DNA of 64,000 nt from Felis catus (GCF_018350175.1 NC_058373.1:100256001-100320000); one strand, 5' to 3'. Numbered from the stretch's first letter, positions 14,241-28,120 are shown. Made by a program: numbers and translations. The notes: a model not told the origin generated them from the sequence alone.

Positions 14241-17192
14241 AATTACGTATGTAAATATACCTCCTTCAGGGGCAGACTGGGAGATGTGTGTTTCTGTCTG
14301 CTCCCTCTGCACATCAAGCCCTGAGGGGGATAGACAGTTAAGAATTGTTTCTTTTTTTGCTACCAACCCACTGAATCCATGAACACGAGTCCCACTGGCT
14401 ACCAGTGCCAGGTTATCAAGAGATGTGTCCTCTGGGGGGCAGCCACAAAAGCCAGGGTGGCACCCGTTATGCATAAGCTCCTTTCTCAAAGACGTTGGTA
14501 ACGTGGAGTGGGACAAAGGGAGAGCACAAAGATGGTGCCTGCTGGCGTTCCTGGTTTCTGGAGAGGATGGCAATGGGCCTCTAGATGTGCGTTATGATAG
14601 AAGCCTGCCCCACAGGTCACAGCTATTGAGAGATAAACTAATAGGCCTCTTTCACAAAAAGGTTGCGTGTCAATCTGCTGCCTCTGCAGTGTGCAGTGAG
14701 GGATGGATACCTCCTTAAGAATGGTTTCTCTCTTACAGTCTTGTGGTACCTGCAAACATAAGCCCCATTAGAGGGCTTCCTCTGGGAGCAGCTGCAAAAA
14801 CTGGGGCACCAGACATGTGGACGAGCTCCTTTTTGGGATATACTGATGACCTACCTGGAGTGAGGCAGAGGGAGAACAGGAAGATGTCCCTACCAGTCTC
14901 TGTGGTTTCTGGAGAATATTGCAGTTCGCCTCTAGAAGTGTTTTAAATTAGAAACCTGCCCCTCAAGCCAAAACTTTAAAGGTAAGCAATAGCTTCTTTC
15001 GTGGGGAAACTGGGCATGATTCAGTCTGCTCCCTCTGCGCTGGGCTCTGAGGGCCAAGCCATGGTGAGTCCATACAAATCCTGTAAGAACTATTAGGTCA
15101 CTATAGACTGTGGATCTCGTGGATGTAAGTCCCTGTTGGCTTTCAGAGCTAGATGTTTTGTGAGTCCATTTCTCAGGTAGAAGTCTTAAAAGTTGTGGTG
15201 CCAGCTCTGGTGTCCAAGCCCTTCTCTCCTCAGAGAGAAGCTGGGAGTTGTGAGCTCCCTCCTAGTTGTGTGTTGCTGCTCCAGGGATAAGATTGTGTCT
15301 GAGGCTTTCCTACTCATTTCAGTGGGAGTTTTTTCTCACTTGCCTGATGTGTAAGAGTCACTCAGCTAGTTTCTAGATTTCTTTCAGAGGGGATTGTTCT
15401 GTATGTAGCTGAAGATTCGGTGTGTCTGTGAAAGGAGGTGACTTTAAGGTTCTCTTTTGTCATTGTCTTGAACCAGAAAAACAGTTTGTGGATTCTTATA
15501 AGAAATTCTATATCATCAATGTTTCTGCTGGCAAAGATCATGATATTATGTGGGAAAACATGCTATCAGTGATTGAGTTGAGAAATGATTTGGGAGTGTT
15601 GGGTTCAATGAAAACTGTTAAGAATACCTTAACCCATTTATTTCATTCATATTTTTCTTGTAATATTTGCACAAGAATTATATATAACAATCTATGTCTG
15701 CTTACATAAATGTCTCTTTTGCTAGGTTTTGAAATAGAATTTCTAAGTGTTAAGAAAGTATGTGTTATAGTTTTTAATTGGCCGTATTGTTTCTTTTTTT
15801 GTGGTATATAAACTAATGATAGGTCTTAGAGTAGATGTATCTTAAGATTTGATGAAATATGGTACATACCTTAAACATATTAATGTTCATAGATTATTTG
15901 ATCCTTATGTTAATACTGGGAGATAAGACAGGCATTATTATTTCCATAAGACAAATGAAACTCAGGTGGTTTTCATTTTGTTATAGGTGAGGCTGTGTTA
16001 TATTTTATAGACTTTTAAACTTAACCTAATAAGATAGTTCAGTAATTTATTTTTTATAATGTTAAACCAAAACTTTATAGCATTTTTACTGTTGAGTAGA
16101 TCATGTTACATAATGACACTTTTTTGAAAGTGTGATGTTATAAAAGAAACATGACTGGTGATAAAGCACAGGGCTATTTATGTGTGGAGTTAGGGACACT
16201 CGGATATGACAGCAATTCCTGGAAGGGAAGCAAAGGATCAAACCTAGGAGAAATGTGGTTGTATGTAAAACATCTCAAATCTAATCGAACTGTGAAGTGT
16301 ATTTATTAACATGTTATAGATAACAACATATGTCATGTTCAGACCTTCAAAAGTGGCTCATTTTTTCGTAGGTGCTGTGTCTTCACATTATACAGTTGCC
16401 TATATCTACTGCTTGGTAGTCAGCTTCCTGCTTCCAAGCAATAGAAACCAACTGTGGAAGGATTGTTAGTTTATAGAATCAATGGGAAGGCTGGAGAACC
16501 AACCAGGCTCAAAAAACAATAGAGGCCAAGTGAGGCTAGGCAGCCAAGAACAGCCAGCTGCCCAGAGTCTGGGGAAACTGTATTTTGGTCTTTCAGTTTC
16601 CTCCTGTCCAGAGTCAGACATTGTTGAATTTTCAAAATCAGATCCAGGGCAGCCAGAATAAGCACATGTACACTTTATTATAATATATTATGCCATATAT
16701 ATTTTGTTTAAATATGATTGAATGGAACATTTAAAATGTGCATTTAATGAGGCCACTTTTAGGTATAAAGAATTGTTTTATTATAATTACTTTTCTTTTG
16801 AAGAGTGCTCTTAAATACTGGAAGACATTCCTAGAACCACAACATTCATCCTGCTGTTGGCACAGCCTATTTTATTGACTCATTCCTTGCTGAAAGTTAA
16901 AATATATATGGGTATCTCCTCCTGCCCCTGCGCAGAAACTAAGCCAATTTTATTGTGAAATATATTATGATTCACCTTACTTGCTGGAATTCACCTATAA
17001 AACTAGGTATGGCTATGGGTGGCAGAGAGTCATTTTTAGGCATTCCTTGATTATACCATTCTCCAGTGTCACTTGACTTCCATCTCTGAATTCAGTCTTT
17101 AAGTATCTAACATATAGTTTGTGTACCCATTTATTTGTTTATTGCTTACTGCAAAGGTAATGAATGGTTGTTTTAAAATCTGTAACATTACA

Positions 17193-17410
17193 GGGGCGCC
17201 TGGGTGGCGCAGTCGGTTAAGCGTCCGACTTGAGCCAGGTCACGATCTCTCAGTCCGTGAGTTCGAGCCCCGCGTCAGGCTCTGGGCTGATGGCTCGGAG
17301 CCTGGAGCCTGCTTCCGATTCTGTGTCTCCCTCTCTCTCTGCCCCTCCCCCATTCATGCTCTGTCTCTCTCTGTCCCAAAAATAAAATAAAAACGTTGAA
17401 AAAAAAATTT
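17193..17410 (+). mobile_element. Young feline SINEC_Fc
   Basis: CpG-rich copy with GGTGGCGCAG head; perfect 18-bp TSD AAAATCTGTAACATTACA at 17175-17192 and 17411-17428. Confidence 0.97.
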
Positions 17411-17534
17411 AAAATCTGTAACATTACAGAAACACAGAACAAAGAGTGACCATTCCCCATAATCCTGCTCTCAAGGATTATGTTAATATTCCTGTTAATA
17501 ATATTATGTTAATAGTTTGGTAGATCTTCATCCA

Positions 17535-17730
17535 GACTGGCTGGGTTCCATTTCCAGCTTTTCCATTTAGCTGGCCACCTTGGACAAGTTATTTGTCCTC
17601 ACACTGCCTCAGTTTCCTCATTTCAGCATAATAGTACTGTCTTACAAGGTTTTGTGAGGGTTTAATAGATAAGATGAAAAGTGTTCAGCATAATTACTAG
17701 CGTATAGTAAGTGCTTGATAAATGCTAGTT
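17535..17730. mobile_element. MIR
   Basis: CTGGGTTC...CCTTGGACAAGTTATTT...GCCTCAGTTTCCTCAT...ATAGTAAGTGCT. Confidence 0.75.
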
Positions 17731-17736
17731 TGTGTA

Positions 17737-18130
17737 TGTGTATTGGTCAAGATAAGCTAGATTATATTGCAATAACAAACAATCCATCCAAATCTCAGTG
17801 GCTTAACACAACAAAAATTTCTTGCTAATGCTGCATTTCTTACACAGATTAGCAGGGTGTTTTCTCCGTGTAGTCAGTCAGGGGCCCCGGCTAATGGAGG
17901 TTCGACCATGTTGTGGCCACACTCTGTAATACGTTGTGCTTTTAGTCACCATAAAGAGACTATAAAATCACACATGGATTTTTTACTGCCTCAGCCCATA
18001 ATTGACATACTCTACTTCCATTTACAATTTATTAGTCATAACTAGTAACCATGGCTCTGCCCTGCTGCAAGTCAGGTGTGACATGTGAAAGGGGAGTGCA
18101 GAATATTTTGGTGAGTGCTACAACGTGTGG
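17737..18130 (-). mobile_element. Ancient MaLR LTR (MLT1-type)
   Basis: GCAATAACAAACAA...CAAATCTCAGTGGCTTAACACAACAAA, typical of the MLT1 3' end in reverse. Confidence 0.7.
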
Positions 18131-18741
18131 CAAGGCCATTTCTCCCCCTACTCCCCAGTATGGCATAATATTATCCAAACTGTGTTGCAGGTTTTTTTTT
18201 TTTTATTTCATAGACTAAATTTATTCAATACCCTAGTAAAAGTTTTGATTATAGTTATCCAACAGTATAAAAAGTACAAAACAGATTGGTAGATTTCTAA
18301 TATATTAATACAAAGTGCATGACTACATACAGTACATCCTACAGGCAAAGAGGTGGAAGGGGAAAAAGAAGGCCTTGGTTGAGGTCTAGTAATAGATAAA
18401 TAAATACAGAGGTAGAGATGATCCATGTTATGGTATATTCTAACACCAATACTGTAGCCAAAATGTACAAAAAAAAAAAAAAACCAACATTTTGAAACAA
18501 TAGGAGGAAGATGATAATGGCTGGGACTCTTGTAATTTACCTCAGAGGCTATGAGAGAGCCAACCCAACTCACGGTGTAATCTGTGCATATGGTGGCTTG
18601 TAGTTTTTGCCATAAGGAAGAAATATAAAATTTTAGGTTTGGATTAAGAACTATAAAACTATAGGGTGCCCATAAAAAGTGGTTCACTCCTTACTGTTAT
18701 TTATACTAATTTTTAAAATCCAGTTTTAAAAATAAGCACTG

Positions 18742-20177
18742 CTGGCACAAGAACGGACACTCAGATCAATGGAACAGAATAGAGAACCCAGAAATGAGCC
18801 CACAAACGTATGGCCAACTAATCTTTGACAAAGCAGGAAAGAATATCCAATGGAATAAAGACCGTCTCTTCAAGTGGTACTGGGAAAACTGGACAGTGAC
18901 ATGCAGAAGAATGAACCTGAGCCACTTTCTTACACCACACACAAAAGTAAACTCAAAATTGATGAAAGACCTAAATGTAAGACAGGAAGCCATCAGAATA
19001 CTCGAGGAGAAAGCAGGCAAAAACTTCTTTGATCTTGGCCACAGCAACTTCTTACTCAATACGTCTCTGGAGACAAGGGAAACAAAAGCAAAAATGAACT
19101 ACTGGGACCTCATCAAAATAAAAAGCTTCTGATTTTTATTAAAAGCGAAGGAAATAATCAGCAAAACTAAAAGGCAACCGACAGAATGGGAGAAGATATT
19201 TGCAAATGACATATCAGATAAAGGGTTAGTATCCAGAATCTATAAAGAACTTATCAAACTCAACACCCAAAAAACAAATAATCCAGCGAAGAAATGGGCA
19301 AAAGACATGAACAGACACTTCTTCAAGGAAGTGCATCCAGATGGCCAACCAACACATGAAAAAATGCTCAACATCACTCATCATCAGGGAAATACAAATC
19401 AAGACCACAATGAGATACCACCTCACCCCTGTCAGAATGGCTAACATTAACAACTCAGGCAACAACAGATGTTGGCAAGGATGCTGAGAAAGAGGATCTC
19501 TTTTTCAGTGTTGGTGGGAATGCAAGCTGGTACAGCCAATCTGGAAAACAGTATGGAGGTTCCTCAAAAAATTAAAAATAGAACTACCCTATGACCCAGC
19601 AATTGCACTACTAGGCAGTTATCCACGGGATACAGGTGTGCTGTTTCAAAGGGACACATGCACCCCCATGTTTATAGCAACACTATCAACAATAGCCAAA
19701 GTATGGCAAGAGCCCAAATTTCCATCGATGGATGAATGGATAAAGAAGATGTGGTATATATATATAACGGAGTATTACTTGGCAATCAAAAAGAATGAAA
19801 TCTTGCCATTTGCAACTACGTGGATGGAACTGGAGGGTATTATGCTAAGTGAAATTAGTCAGAGAAAGACAAAAATCATATGACTTCACTCATCTGAGGA
19901 CTTTAAGAGACGAAACAGATGAACATAAGGGAAAGGAAATAAAAATAATATAAAAACAGGGAGGGGGACAAAACATAAGAGACTCGTAAATATGGAGAAC
20001 AAACTGAGGGTTGCTGGAGGGGTTGTGGGAGCGGGGGTGGGCTAAATGGGTAAAGGGCACTAAGGAATCTACCCCTGAAATCATTGTTGCACTATATGCT
20101 AACTACTTTGGATATAAATTTTAAAAAATAAAAAAATTAAAAAAATAAAAGATAAAAAAATACATTAAGTGTAAAAA
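18742..20177 (+). mobile_element. 5'-truncated feline L1 inserted in the SINHCAF retrocopy 3'UTR
   Basis: ORF2 C-terminal peptides, 3'UTR and A tail; TSD AAAAATAAGCACTG at 18728-18741 and 20178-20191 at a TTTT/AAAA site. Confidence 0.96.
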
Positions 20178-20769
20178 AAAAATAAGCACTGAGTCAGGTT
20201 GTTATAGGGTAGGCAAATGATCCTCCCTGATTATGAAAAGTCTGAACCGGTGATAGGTTATTCCTGAACGTTTAGGAAAGAGGCACTGAGAGTACTTTGG
20301 TTTGGGTTCAAGTAAAAAGCCTTCAAATGAAGATTTTGGAATTGAAGAGCTCCATCTTCAGGATGCATCATCTGACATCTCAATGTTCACAAAGCCTGAC
20401 TGAAAGAAGTCAAACCTAAACCAGCCCACTCAGCATTAACACACACCTCTTTTCTTTTAGAATTTTACTTTAATATAGAGCGGAAAAACAAAACAAAACA
20501 AAACAAAAAACCCAAACCCTAACAGGTTAAAATCAAATAACCACTCTACACAGACAAAACTTTCACAGAGGTCAACTGAAGTAATCCAGAGCTAAAACTG
20601 AATTATGCAGATTTTCAATGAAGTCACCAGTCGTGTAACACAAAGGCAATTATTTACACACTAGGCAAGCCCTCTAAGAAATGTGCCCCAAGAAGCATTA
20701 ACCTTTGTTTTTTGTGTGTGCCATCCTGAAGATTTGCACATTTTTTTTTTTAGATAATTTAACATTTTT

Positions 20770-20976
20770 TTTTCAACGTTTATTTATTTTTGGGACAGAG
20801 AGAGACAGAGCATGAACGGGGGAGGGGCAGAGAGAGAGGGAGACACAGAATCGGAAACAGGCTCCAGGCTCTGAGCCATCAGCCCAGAGCCTGACGCCGG
20901 GCTCCAACTCACGGACTGAGAGATCGTGACCTGGCTCAAGTCGGATGCTTAACTGACTGCGCCACCCAGGCGCCCC
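20770..20976 (-). mobile_element. Young SINEC_Fc in the SINHCAF retrocopy 3'UTR
   Basis: TSD TTTAACATTTTT at 20758-20769 and 20977-20988. Confidence 0.95.
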
Positions 20977-22729
20977 TTTAACATTTTTAATAGAATGTGA
21001 TCTCTACCGTGCGGTAATGCTTTGGTACTCTTTATTTAGGATTCCTCATCCTAAAACTTGACAATTCCCCAGAGGAGTTTTGATTCTGCTTTAGAAGTTT
21101 CAATATCGATTAAAATCTTTATCAAAAATCAATACGGAGGGAGGTGACAGAGGATGCAACATATACACTCAAGTTACCTCTCTGTATGTTTAGAAATTAC
21201 TCCTTCAAGGTATTTGCACCAGAGAGCTTTGTCCTGCTTAATATTCAGTAGTACAGGTTTGAATCATCAGAACCTTGGCAAGACCTTAAATTATTAACAA
21301 CTACCTCTTGGGGCAAGTCCGTGTTACTGAGTTATGACAAATTTATTATCATGAAGGAAAACAAGCACAGCCAGTCATCTTAAAAATGCCCCAACCACTG
21401 CTTCTCAATATAGAAAGACTAAAACTACATATGTTTATCATACAACAAATCCCATCTCTGTCCTCTGTAATTCCCCTAGTTTCATTCGTTAAAAGGGGAT
21501 TAAAAAAAAAAAAGACTTAAAGAGCACTTTACAGCATCATTCAGCTTTCCTATGAAATACTCAACATCTTAAATATTATGTATACTTTTTTTCTTTTAGT
21601 AAGCTAGACACTGGCTTCAGAGTTTGTGGAACTGGAGGAGAAATAACAACCCATTCAAAACTATTCTAGAAAGTGTCTTTTGGCAGAATAGCAGGTATCC
21701 AAGTTAAAAATAGGAGGGTTTTGTTGCTTTGTTTTCTTTCCAAAATTTAAATTGTTTTTTTGTTCCCCTTCTACCTAAATCTCAGTCACCACTCCTGAGT
21801 GGCGATGGGCAGAGGCTCTGGCCCCTGCTCCTCCGGCTTCTCAGCAGCTGCTTTCTTATTGCTGCAGCAAGGCTTGAATAGATGTGTGTCAATGAGAACT
21901 TCTCCAAAACGGCCGTTATAGATAATCCTGCAACGTATTTTCTGTCTTTTCCAGTATGTGAGACCTAAAAAGGAAAAAAACTGGTGTTCTGTTAGAGCCA
22001 GAAGCCATCTCTGTATCTGAGCCACCATCTGACTTGTTACTGTAACAAGGAGACTGAGCTGGAAAGGCACTTGAGGTGGTACTGTGAGCATCAGAATTGT
22101 GACATTTAAATTCCTTCTGTAGTTTACTGATCTGGTTGCTTTTTATCCAGTTTCCAGATAGAGTTTTCACTTTCTTTGGTTTCAGTGTTGTCTTCAGACT
22201 GGGTCCTGCCCTTGCATCTACCACATGATTCCAGTTTTTATTTTTATTTTTTTTAATCCTGCTGGCAATTTCTTCCGTCTTTTCACAAGCAGGACACAGG
22301 CATTACAGATGTCTCCTGAACAAGTCTCATGCAACCCAAAACAGCTCTGGAAGTCCTTTTCATAGCGTTTACTGTCGGTGAATCGAGAACTGGAGGACTT
22401 AGCTCTGCAAATACAGCAGCCGTCTATACTTTGGTACATCTTTGGCTTGTGAAACCAAACAACTTTTCTTCTGGGCAATAGTCTTCCAAAATCAGCCGTT
22501 CAACGCACAATAACGTTCCTGAGGTCTGGAGTGCACGCCAAGCTAGCCCCCCCCCCCGCCCCCCTTCCAATTGCTCCCTTCTCCTCAACTGTCTTGTCTA
22601 GACAGATGGTCTACTGCAGTTCTGCAGTTGCTACCACTGGCTGGGAAGGTGTAGATTCCCCAGTTCTTTTTTTGTTTTTTTTTTTTTTTAATATATATCA
22701 TGAACATCTCCCCATGTCAATATGTATTA

Positions 22730-23090
22730 ATTCGTTGACTATTTATTGAGCACTTCTTTGTAGTAGGCCTTGTTTTGGGTAATGGGAATGAAGAAGACAT
22801 TTAATAAACCCTGTCTTCATGAAATTTATTGGGTTGCAAACAGATAAGAAATAAAATATTTTTTAAGTATAATATGTTAGAAGGTGATAAATGTTACGGC
22901 AAGAAAAAAGAAAGGGAAGAGGCAGAGGGAGTTTGGGTGGTACAGTTTTAATTAGAGTGGTCACTGAAGGTCTTTGTGAGGTGATTTGAGTTAAATTCTG
23001 AAAGGTGTGAGAAATATCTTGTGAATATCTTTATGGAGAGACCATCCTAAGAAAATAAAACTATACATGTGGCTTGGTGATGTGAACATG
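22730..23090 (-). mobile_element. L2 3' fragment
   Basis: ATTTATTGAGCAC...CCCTGTCTTCATGAAATTTA...GAGGTGATTTGAG motifs. Confidence 0.6.
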
Positions 23091-23685
23091 AAGATGCGTT
23101 TTCCTATTTTTGCATATGTTTAAAATTTTGTATATGTTTAAAATTATGAAAATAATTAAAAATGAAAAGTAAAGCTCATTATAAAGCTGATAATCAGATT
23201 TTATAGCCACATTTTGGAAAAGTCAGATAAAAAATATAATAAATATTGTCAATTTCTTAAAAAAAAATAAAGGTTTACCAGTTTACCTCCTTAGAAACAA
23301 AGCTTTAACTTGTTTCTATGTAGCCTCACTAACTGCCATACAATCCAGCACTTGATTATTGCTGTTTCTCACTGCATAATTGTGTTGTGTGTTAGTCTTA
23401 TGTTTCCAATTACTTGTTAAACTTTTAATTGTATCTTACTTTTTATCCCTCCTATCATTCCCTTTAAAGTGATTAGACATATAGTAAATTCCCTATAAAA
23501 GTTACAGATTGAGAAGTAAAACTTAGTGATGACTTTTTAAAAATATCTCAATTGTTAATAACTCTCAACGCATTTTGCTGTGTCGAGAATGAAAAAAGTT
23601 AATAAATAAGCCACACAAAATATATCCACAAGCAATTTAAAAGTTTGGAGTATTAGAGAACTGGTTTAAAAATACTTTGAGTATT

Positions 23686-23896
23686 GGGGCACCTGGGTGG
23701 CTCAGCTGGTTAAACTTCCAACTTTAGCTCAGGTCATGATCTTGCAGTTGATGGGTTTGAGCCCGCATCAGGCTCTGTGCTGACAGCTCAGAGCCTGGAG
23801 CCTGCTTCAGATTCTGTGTGTATGTGTCTCTCTCTCTGCCCCTTCCCTGCTCATGCTCTGTCTCTCTCTCTCAAAAATAAATAGACATTAAAAAGT
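23686..23896 (+). mobile_element. CanSINE
   Basis: Head and tail; TSD AAAATACTTT(G/A)AGTATT. Confidence 0.93.
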
Positions 23897-25074
23897 AAAA
23901 TACTTTAAGTATTTTTTCAAGTAATTGGCTGGATGTGAAATACAGTTTGAATAGAGACATTTCTTAGTCACATACTTAGCATGATTCTTTCACTAAAAAA
24001 ATTTGTTTTTTCAGTGATTTACTTTCTGTTGCCATACAACTAGGCTACATTGCACAAACATTTTGAGTAACTTCTGTCACTTTTTCCTTAAGATGACCCA
24101 GAGTCTGAACAATTAGATGATTATGGTTGAAGCAAAAAATGAAATCAGCCTTGTTCAGCCCAAAGAGTTTACTGAACTTTATAAAAGTTATTTGGCCAGA
24201 TTGTGAGGTAACGCCCAGATACCAATGAGGAGTGTATCTGAAGGATCACTCATTTAGAACCACCCTGTATTTAGGGGAAGTGGTGACAGGCTGGTCAAGG
24301 AAGACGTTTGTTACAGACAAATTTGTCAGTGTTAGTCACACAGTTAGAACATGATGTTTAGAAGAAAATGCATGACACTGTTGGGAAGCTATGTTGGAAA
24401 AGCTGTGGCCAGAGAAAAGAGATTACAAATTGTACTTCCATGACAGAGATAACTTGGAAATATGCATAAAAAGTTTTGTTTTCATAATTTAGTTCACTCT
24501 AGTTATCTATTTTATATGAGGCAGAATCTGTTTTGAGAATATCATTACCTTAGGAAGGAAGGATTACTACATTATGCTGACATTAAATTAGAAATATTTT
24601 TAAGATTCAGAATGATTATTTTTTCGGTATCAGACTGTCTAATCATAGGCCTTATCTAATCATTAAAACAGTTTCCGAAAAGTGGCCATTTCTCATTGTC
24701 AAACACAGAAACCATGGCACCATCATAATTCACAGGTTACCAAACTATTTTTAGGCCATAAACCAATAATTTTGATGTCTGAACCTCAATTCCCTCATCT
24801 GAAAAAATAGAGACACACATTACCCTCCTTCACCATTTTATTGGTATGTTTTGAGTATACCAATTTCATGAGCCTCGTTCTTCTCAGCAGAAACTTGAGC
24901 AAAGGGAAAAATAAAGAATAATAATACAACCATTCATGGTGTTCTTGAAACAATGTGCCCATGTTAATTGCTAATCCTCCTCTGAAGGGAGAATTTCCTT
25001 ATATTTCTACCTAATTACTAGAGGTACTTTACACTGCTCTGTCCTACCTAGCACGCATTCTGTGCTCAATCATC

Positions 25075-25890
25075 ATTTATTCATTCATTCTTTTAGTGAG
25101 TTGGTCATTTACCAAATATTAAGATCTTACCGTGTGTCAGCTAGGGACTGGAGATACAAAGAAGGATAAAACAGTTCCAATTCTCATGGAACCGATAATA
25201 GAGGAAGGGAGACCATCACTATAAGTAGTTACAAATGCACTGAGTTTATGCAAAAGTAGTACGGGGTGCTATGGGAGTTTTCAGCAGGGGATTAGGTAAC
25301 CTATTTTAGATCAGATTGGGTTTTAGAGACATCAAAGCTAAAACAAGAAAACTGAGGAGTTGGCTAAGTAAAGAGTATAGGGGAAAGTGATTTAGGCAGA
25401 AGGAACAGCACTGATAGATTTTGAGGTACTGAAAGGAAAGCCAACATGCTACAATGTAGAGAGACAAAATCCAGATCTTGGAGTCTTTATTGTTTGGTCT
25501 TTATTCTGAGAGTAATGGGAAGCCATTGAGGATTTTTGTTTTCTGTTTTCTGTTTAAACAGGGAAGTAACATAATCACTTGCATTTTTAAAAGATCATTC
25601 TAGGCACTATGTGAAGAATGGAGGAGAGGATGGCCCACAAATAATACATGTGGGTAAACAGAAGACAATCGGAGGAAATGAATTAGGGAGTTGGCAAAGA
25701 GCAAGAGGAAAAAGTGGACTGATTCAAAAGATATTTAAAAGACAAAATCAATAGGATTTGATTGTGAGGGAAAGATGAATCAAGGATGACTTCCAGATTT
25801 CTGGCTTAAGGAAATGGGTGGATGTCATTTATTTAAATAAGGAATACTGGAGGAAGAGAAGGTTTGGGAAGGAGAATCATGAATCATAGT
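25075..25890 (-). mobile_element. L2 3' fragment
   Basis: (ATTC)n end, then TTTATTCTGAGAGTAATGGGAAGCCATTGAGGATTTT, AAAGATCATTCT and CAAGGATGACTTCCAGATTTCTGGCTT. Confidence 0.75.
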
Positions 25891-27080
25891 TGACCCGTAC
25901 ATAGCATACACAATAAGCCCTTTAGAATACAAAAATCTCAGGATAGAGATTATACATAGATATGCAAATACAGGTTCTCATCAAAATCATACTCATAACT
26001 TGATCCTTAAGTCTTTTTAAATTATGGATGATATTTATATCCTTTCAGTGGTCCTTTTCAGTCCTTTTCTTGGGCATTTCAGATCCTTTTAGGCCAGGTC
26101 TTGGGTGTTATACTGGTTCCAGCTTTAAATTACATGATTTAAACCCTCTTCTTTCTTTCTTTTTTTTCTTTTTCTCCTCTTTCTTATAGATTATAAAACC
26201 ATAACTTCTTCTTTTCTTTTATCCTAACATCTCTCACGTAGGATCTGATGTCGTCTGAAGATCATTCCCGCAGCTTGAATTTTCTTTATTTCTTACATAT
26301 TTTTTTTCTCCATTGGGTTATAATAACTCAATAACTTCCTTCCCTCCAGCTACTAATCTTCCCTGTATTGTACCATTTCCAAAACTTAACAACAACAACA
26401 ACAACAAAACTATCATGAAGGAAGAAGCATTTTTAATCACAAGCCATTATTGCCAAATATTGCTGAGGAACACCTGTTTCATAGTAATGAAACAGATGTT
26501 TTGATGAATGTCTACAGATGTTTTTCAGTCTTCACAAAAGATACAGCTAAAAAATAAGAATATAGAAAAATTGAAAATAAAGTAGTAGAAAATATATATT
26601 AGGTAAATACTGAGTGAAATAAAGCTAGTATAAATCTATTAATATCAGAAAATGTGAGATTTTAAAGCAAAAAGCAATTAAAGAGGATCACTAGAGATGA
26701 TAAAAGGATCAAATCACCAGGAACAACAGGGAGTTAGAATCAAATTCCACAATTATAATGAGAGATTTCAACAGCTATTTCTCAGTGTTACATCAAGCAC
26801 ACAAAAAAGCAAAGTTAACAAGATTGTTGAAAACTTGAACGAAACAAATTAATATGCTTGATTCAATGGACATATACAGAACACTCCACAGAAAAACTGC
26901 AGAATACCTGTTCTTTCAAGTGGAATACTTTTGATAATATTTGTAACCATATATTGGGCTATAAAGGAAGTCTGAACAAATTTCAAAGGACTGGTGTCAT
27001 ACATATTGCATTCTTTGATCACAGTGGGATAAAATGAAAAATCTGTACTGAAAAAATAATTATAAAAGTTCGTATATTTT

Positions 27081-27234
27081 GGGGCGCCTGGGTAGCTCAG
27101 TCAGTTAAGTGTCCAACTTTGGCTCAGGTCATGATCTCGCAGTTGGTGAATTCAAGCCCTGCATCTGGCTCTCTGCTGTCAGCGTGGAGCCCACTTTGGA
27201 TCCTCTATTCTCCCCTCTCTCTACCCATCCCCTG

Positions 27235-27270
<36 letters not shown>

Positions 27271-27530
27271 AATAAACATTAAAAAAATATTAAAGTTCTG
27301 GGGCGCCAGGGTGGCTCAGTCGGTTGAGCATCCGACTTCGGCTCAGGTCATGGTCTCGCAGTCTGTGAGTTCAAGCCCCATGTGGGACTCTGTGCTGACA
27401 GCTCAGAGCCTGGAGCCTGCTTCAGATTCTGTGTTTCCCTCTCTCTCTGTCCTTCCCCTGCTCATGCTCTGTCTCTCTCTCTCTCTGTCAAAAATAAATA
27501 AACATTAAAAATTTTTTTTAAATATTAAAT
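27081..27530 (+). mobile_element. Two tandem CanSINEs (27081-27298 and 27300-27530)
   Basis: Two GGGGCGCC heads, each with a CT tract and A tail. Confidence 0.93.
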
Positions 27531-28120
27531 TTCTTATGTTTAGATACTAAGAAATGGATTAATGAATCAATGATAAAATAATGGAAATTTGAAGATCTTT
27601 AAACTGAAGGATAAAAATATTGCATATTAAAAAATGATGGAGATTGCTGCTTCTAGACATGATGGAGTAACTGGTATTGGACTTCACCTTGTGTCACCAA
27701 TAACTTTAAAAGCAGCAAAATATATGAAGCAACTGTTTTCAGACAGTAGATGATAGCACGGGAAAATGATCCTTAAAATAAGGGAAACATGTAAGGTGAC
27801 CTTAATGTTTGCCTTCCCTTTCTGAATGAGGGCACTTTCTGATGTGTGGTATAGGCCTCTCTCCAATAAATAAATACAAACTTTAAAAACAAAGAAAAAA
27901 AAAGAAAATGGAATATGACAGTATGTAAAGGAAATAATACATCATAACCAGGATGCTTATATCTCACAAATCCAGGATTAGTTTAGTATTAAAAACAAAA
28001 CATGCTTGATAAAATTCAACGCAGTTATGATTTTTTGAAAAAACTTCTTAATAAAGGAATAAAAGAGACCATTCTAACCAGATAAAGGTTACCTTCCAAA
28101 TACAACAGCTAACGTTATTC

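Larger units (their letters stand above)
8706..15478 (-). mobile_element. Older L1 (L1MA-like): 5'UTR, ORF1 and most of ORF2; 3' end absent
   Basis: ORF2 remnants (IREYYEQLHTNKLDNVEEM), ORF1 remnant [17 protein letters not shown]...TPIRLS (12309-12629), 5'UTR-like sequence 13300-15478; carries four SINE insertions. Confidence 0.85.
18192..22666 (-). pseudogene. SINHCAF: SINHCAF (FAM60A) processed pseudogene with 5'UTR, CDS (21786-22462) and long 3'UTR
   Basis: Three frameshifted minus-strand segments: FHKPKMYQSIDGCCICRAKSSSSRFTDSKRYEKDF..., VDARAGPSLKTTLKPKK..., GRFGEVLIDTHLFKPCCSNKKAAAEKPEEQGPEPLPIATQEW*; intronless; start codon now TTG; minus-strand AATAAA 18220-18225 and poly(A) 18192-18204. 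Confidence 0.96.
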
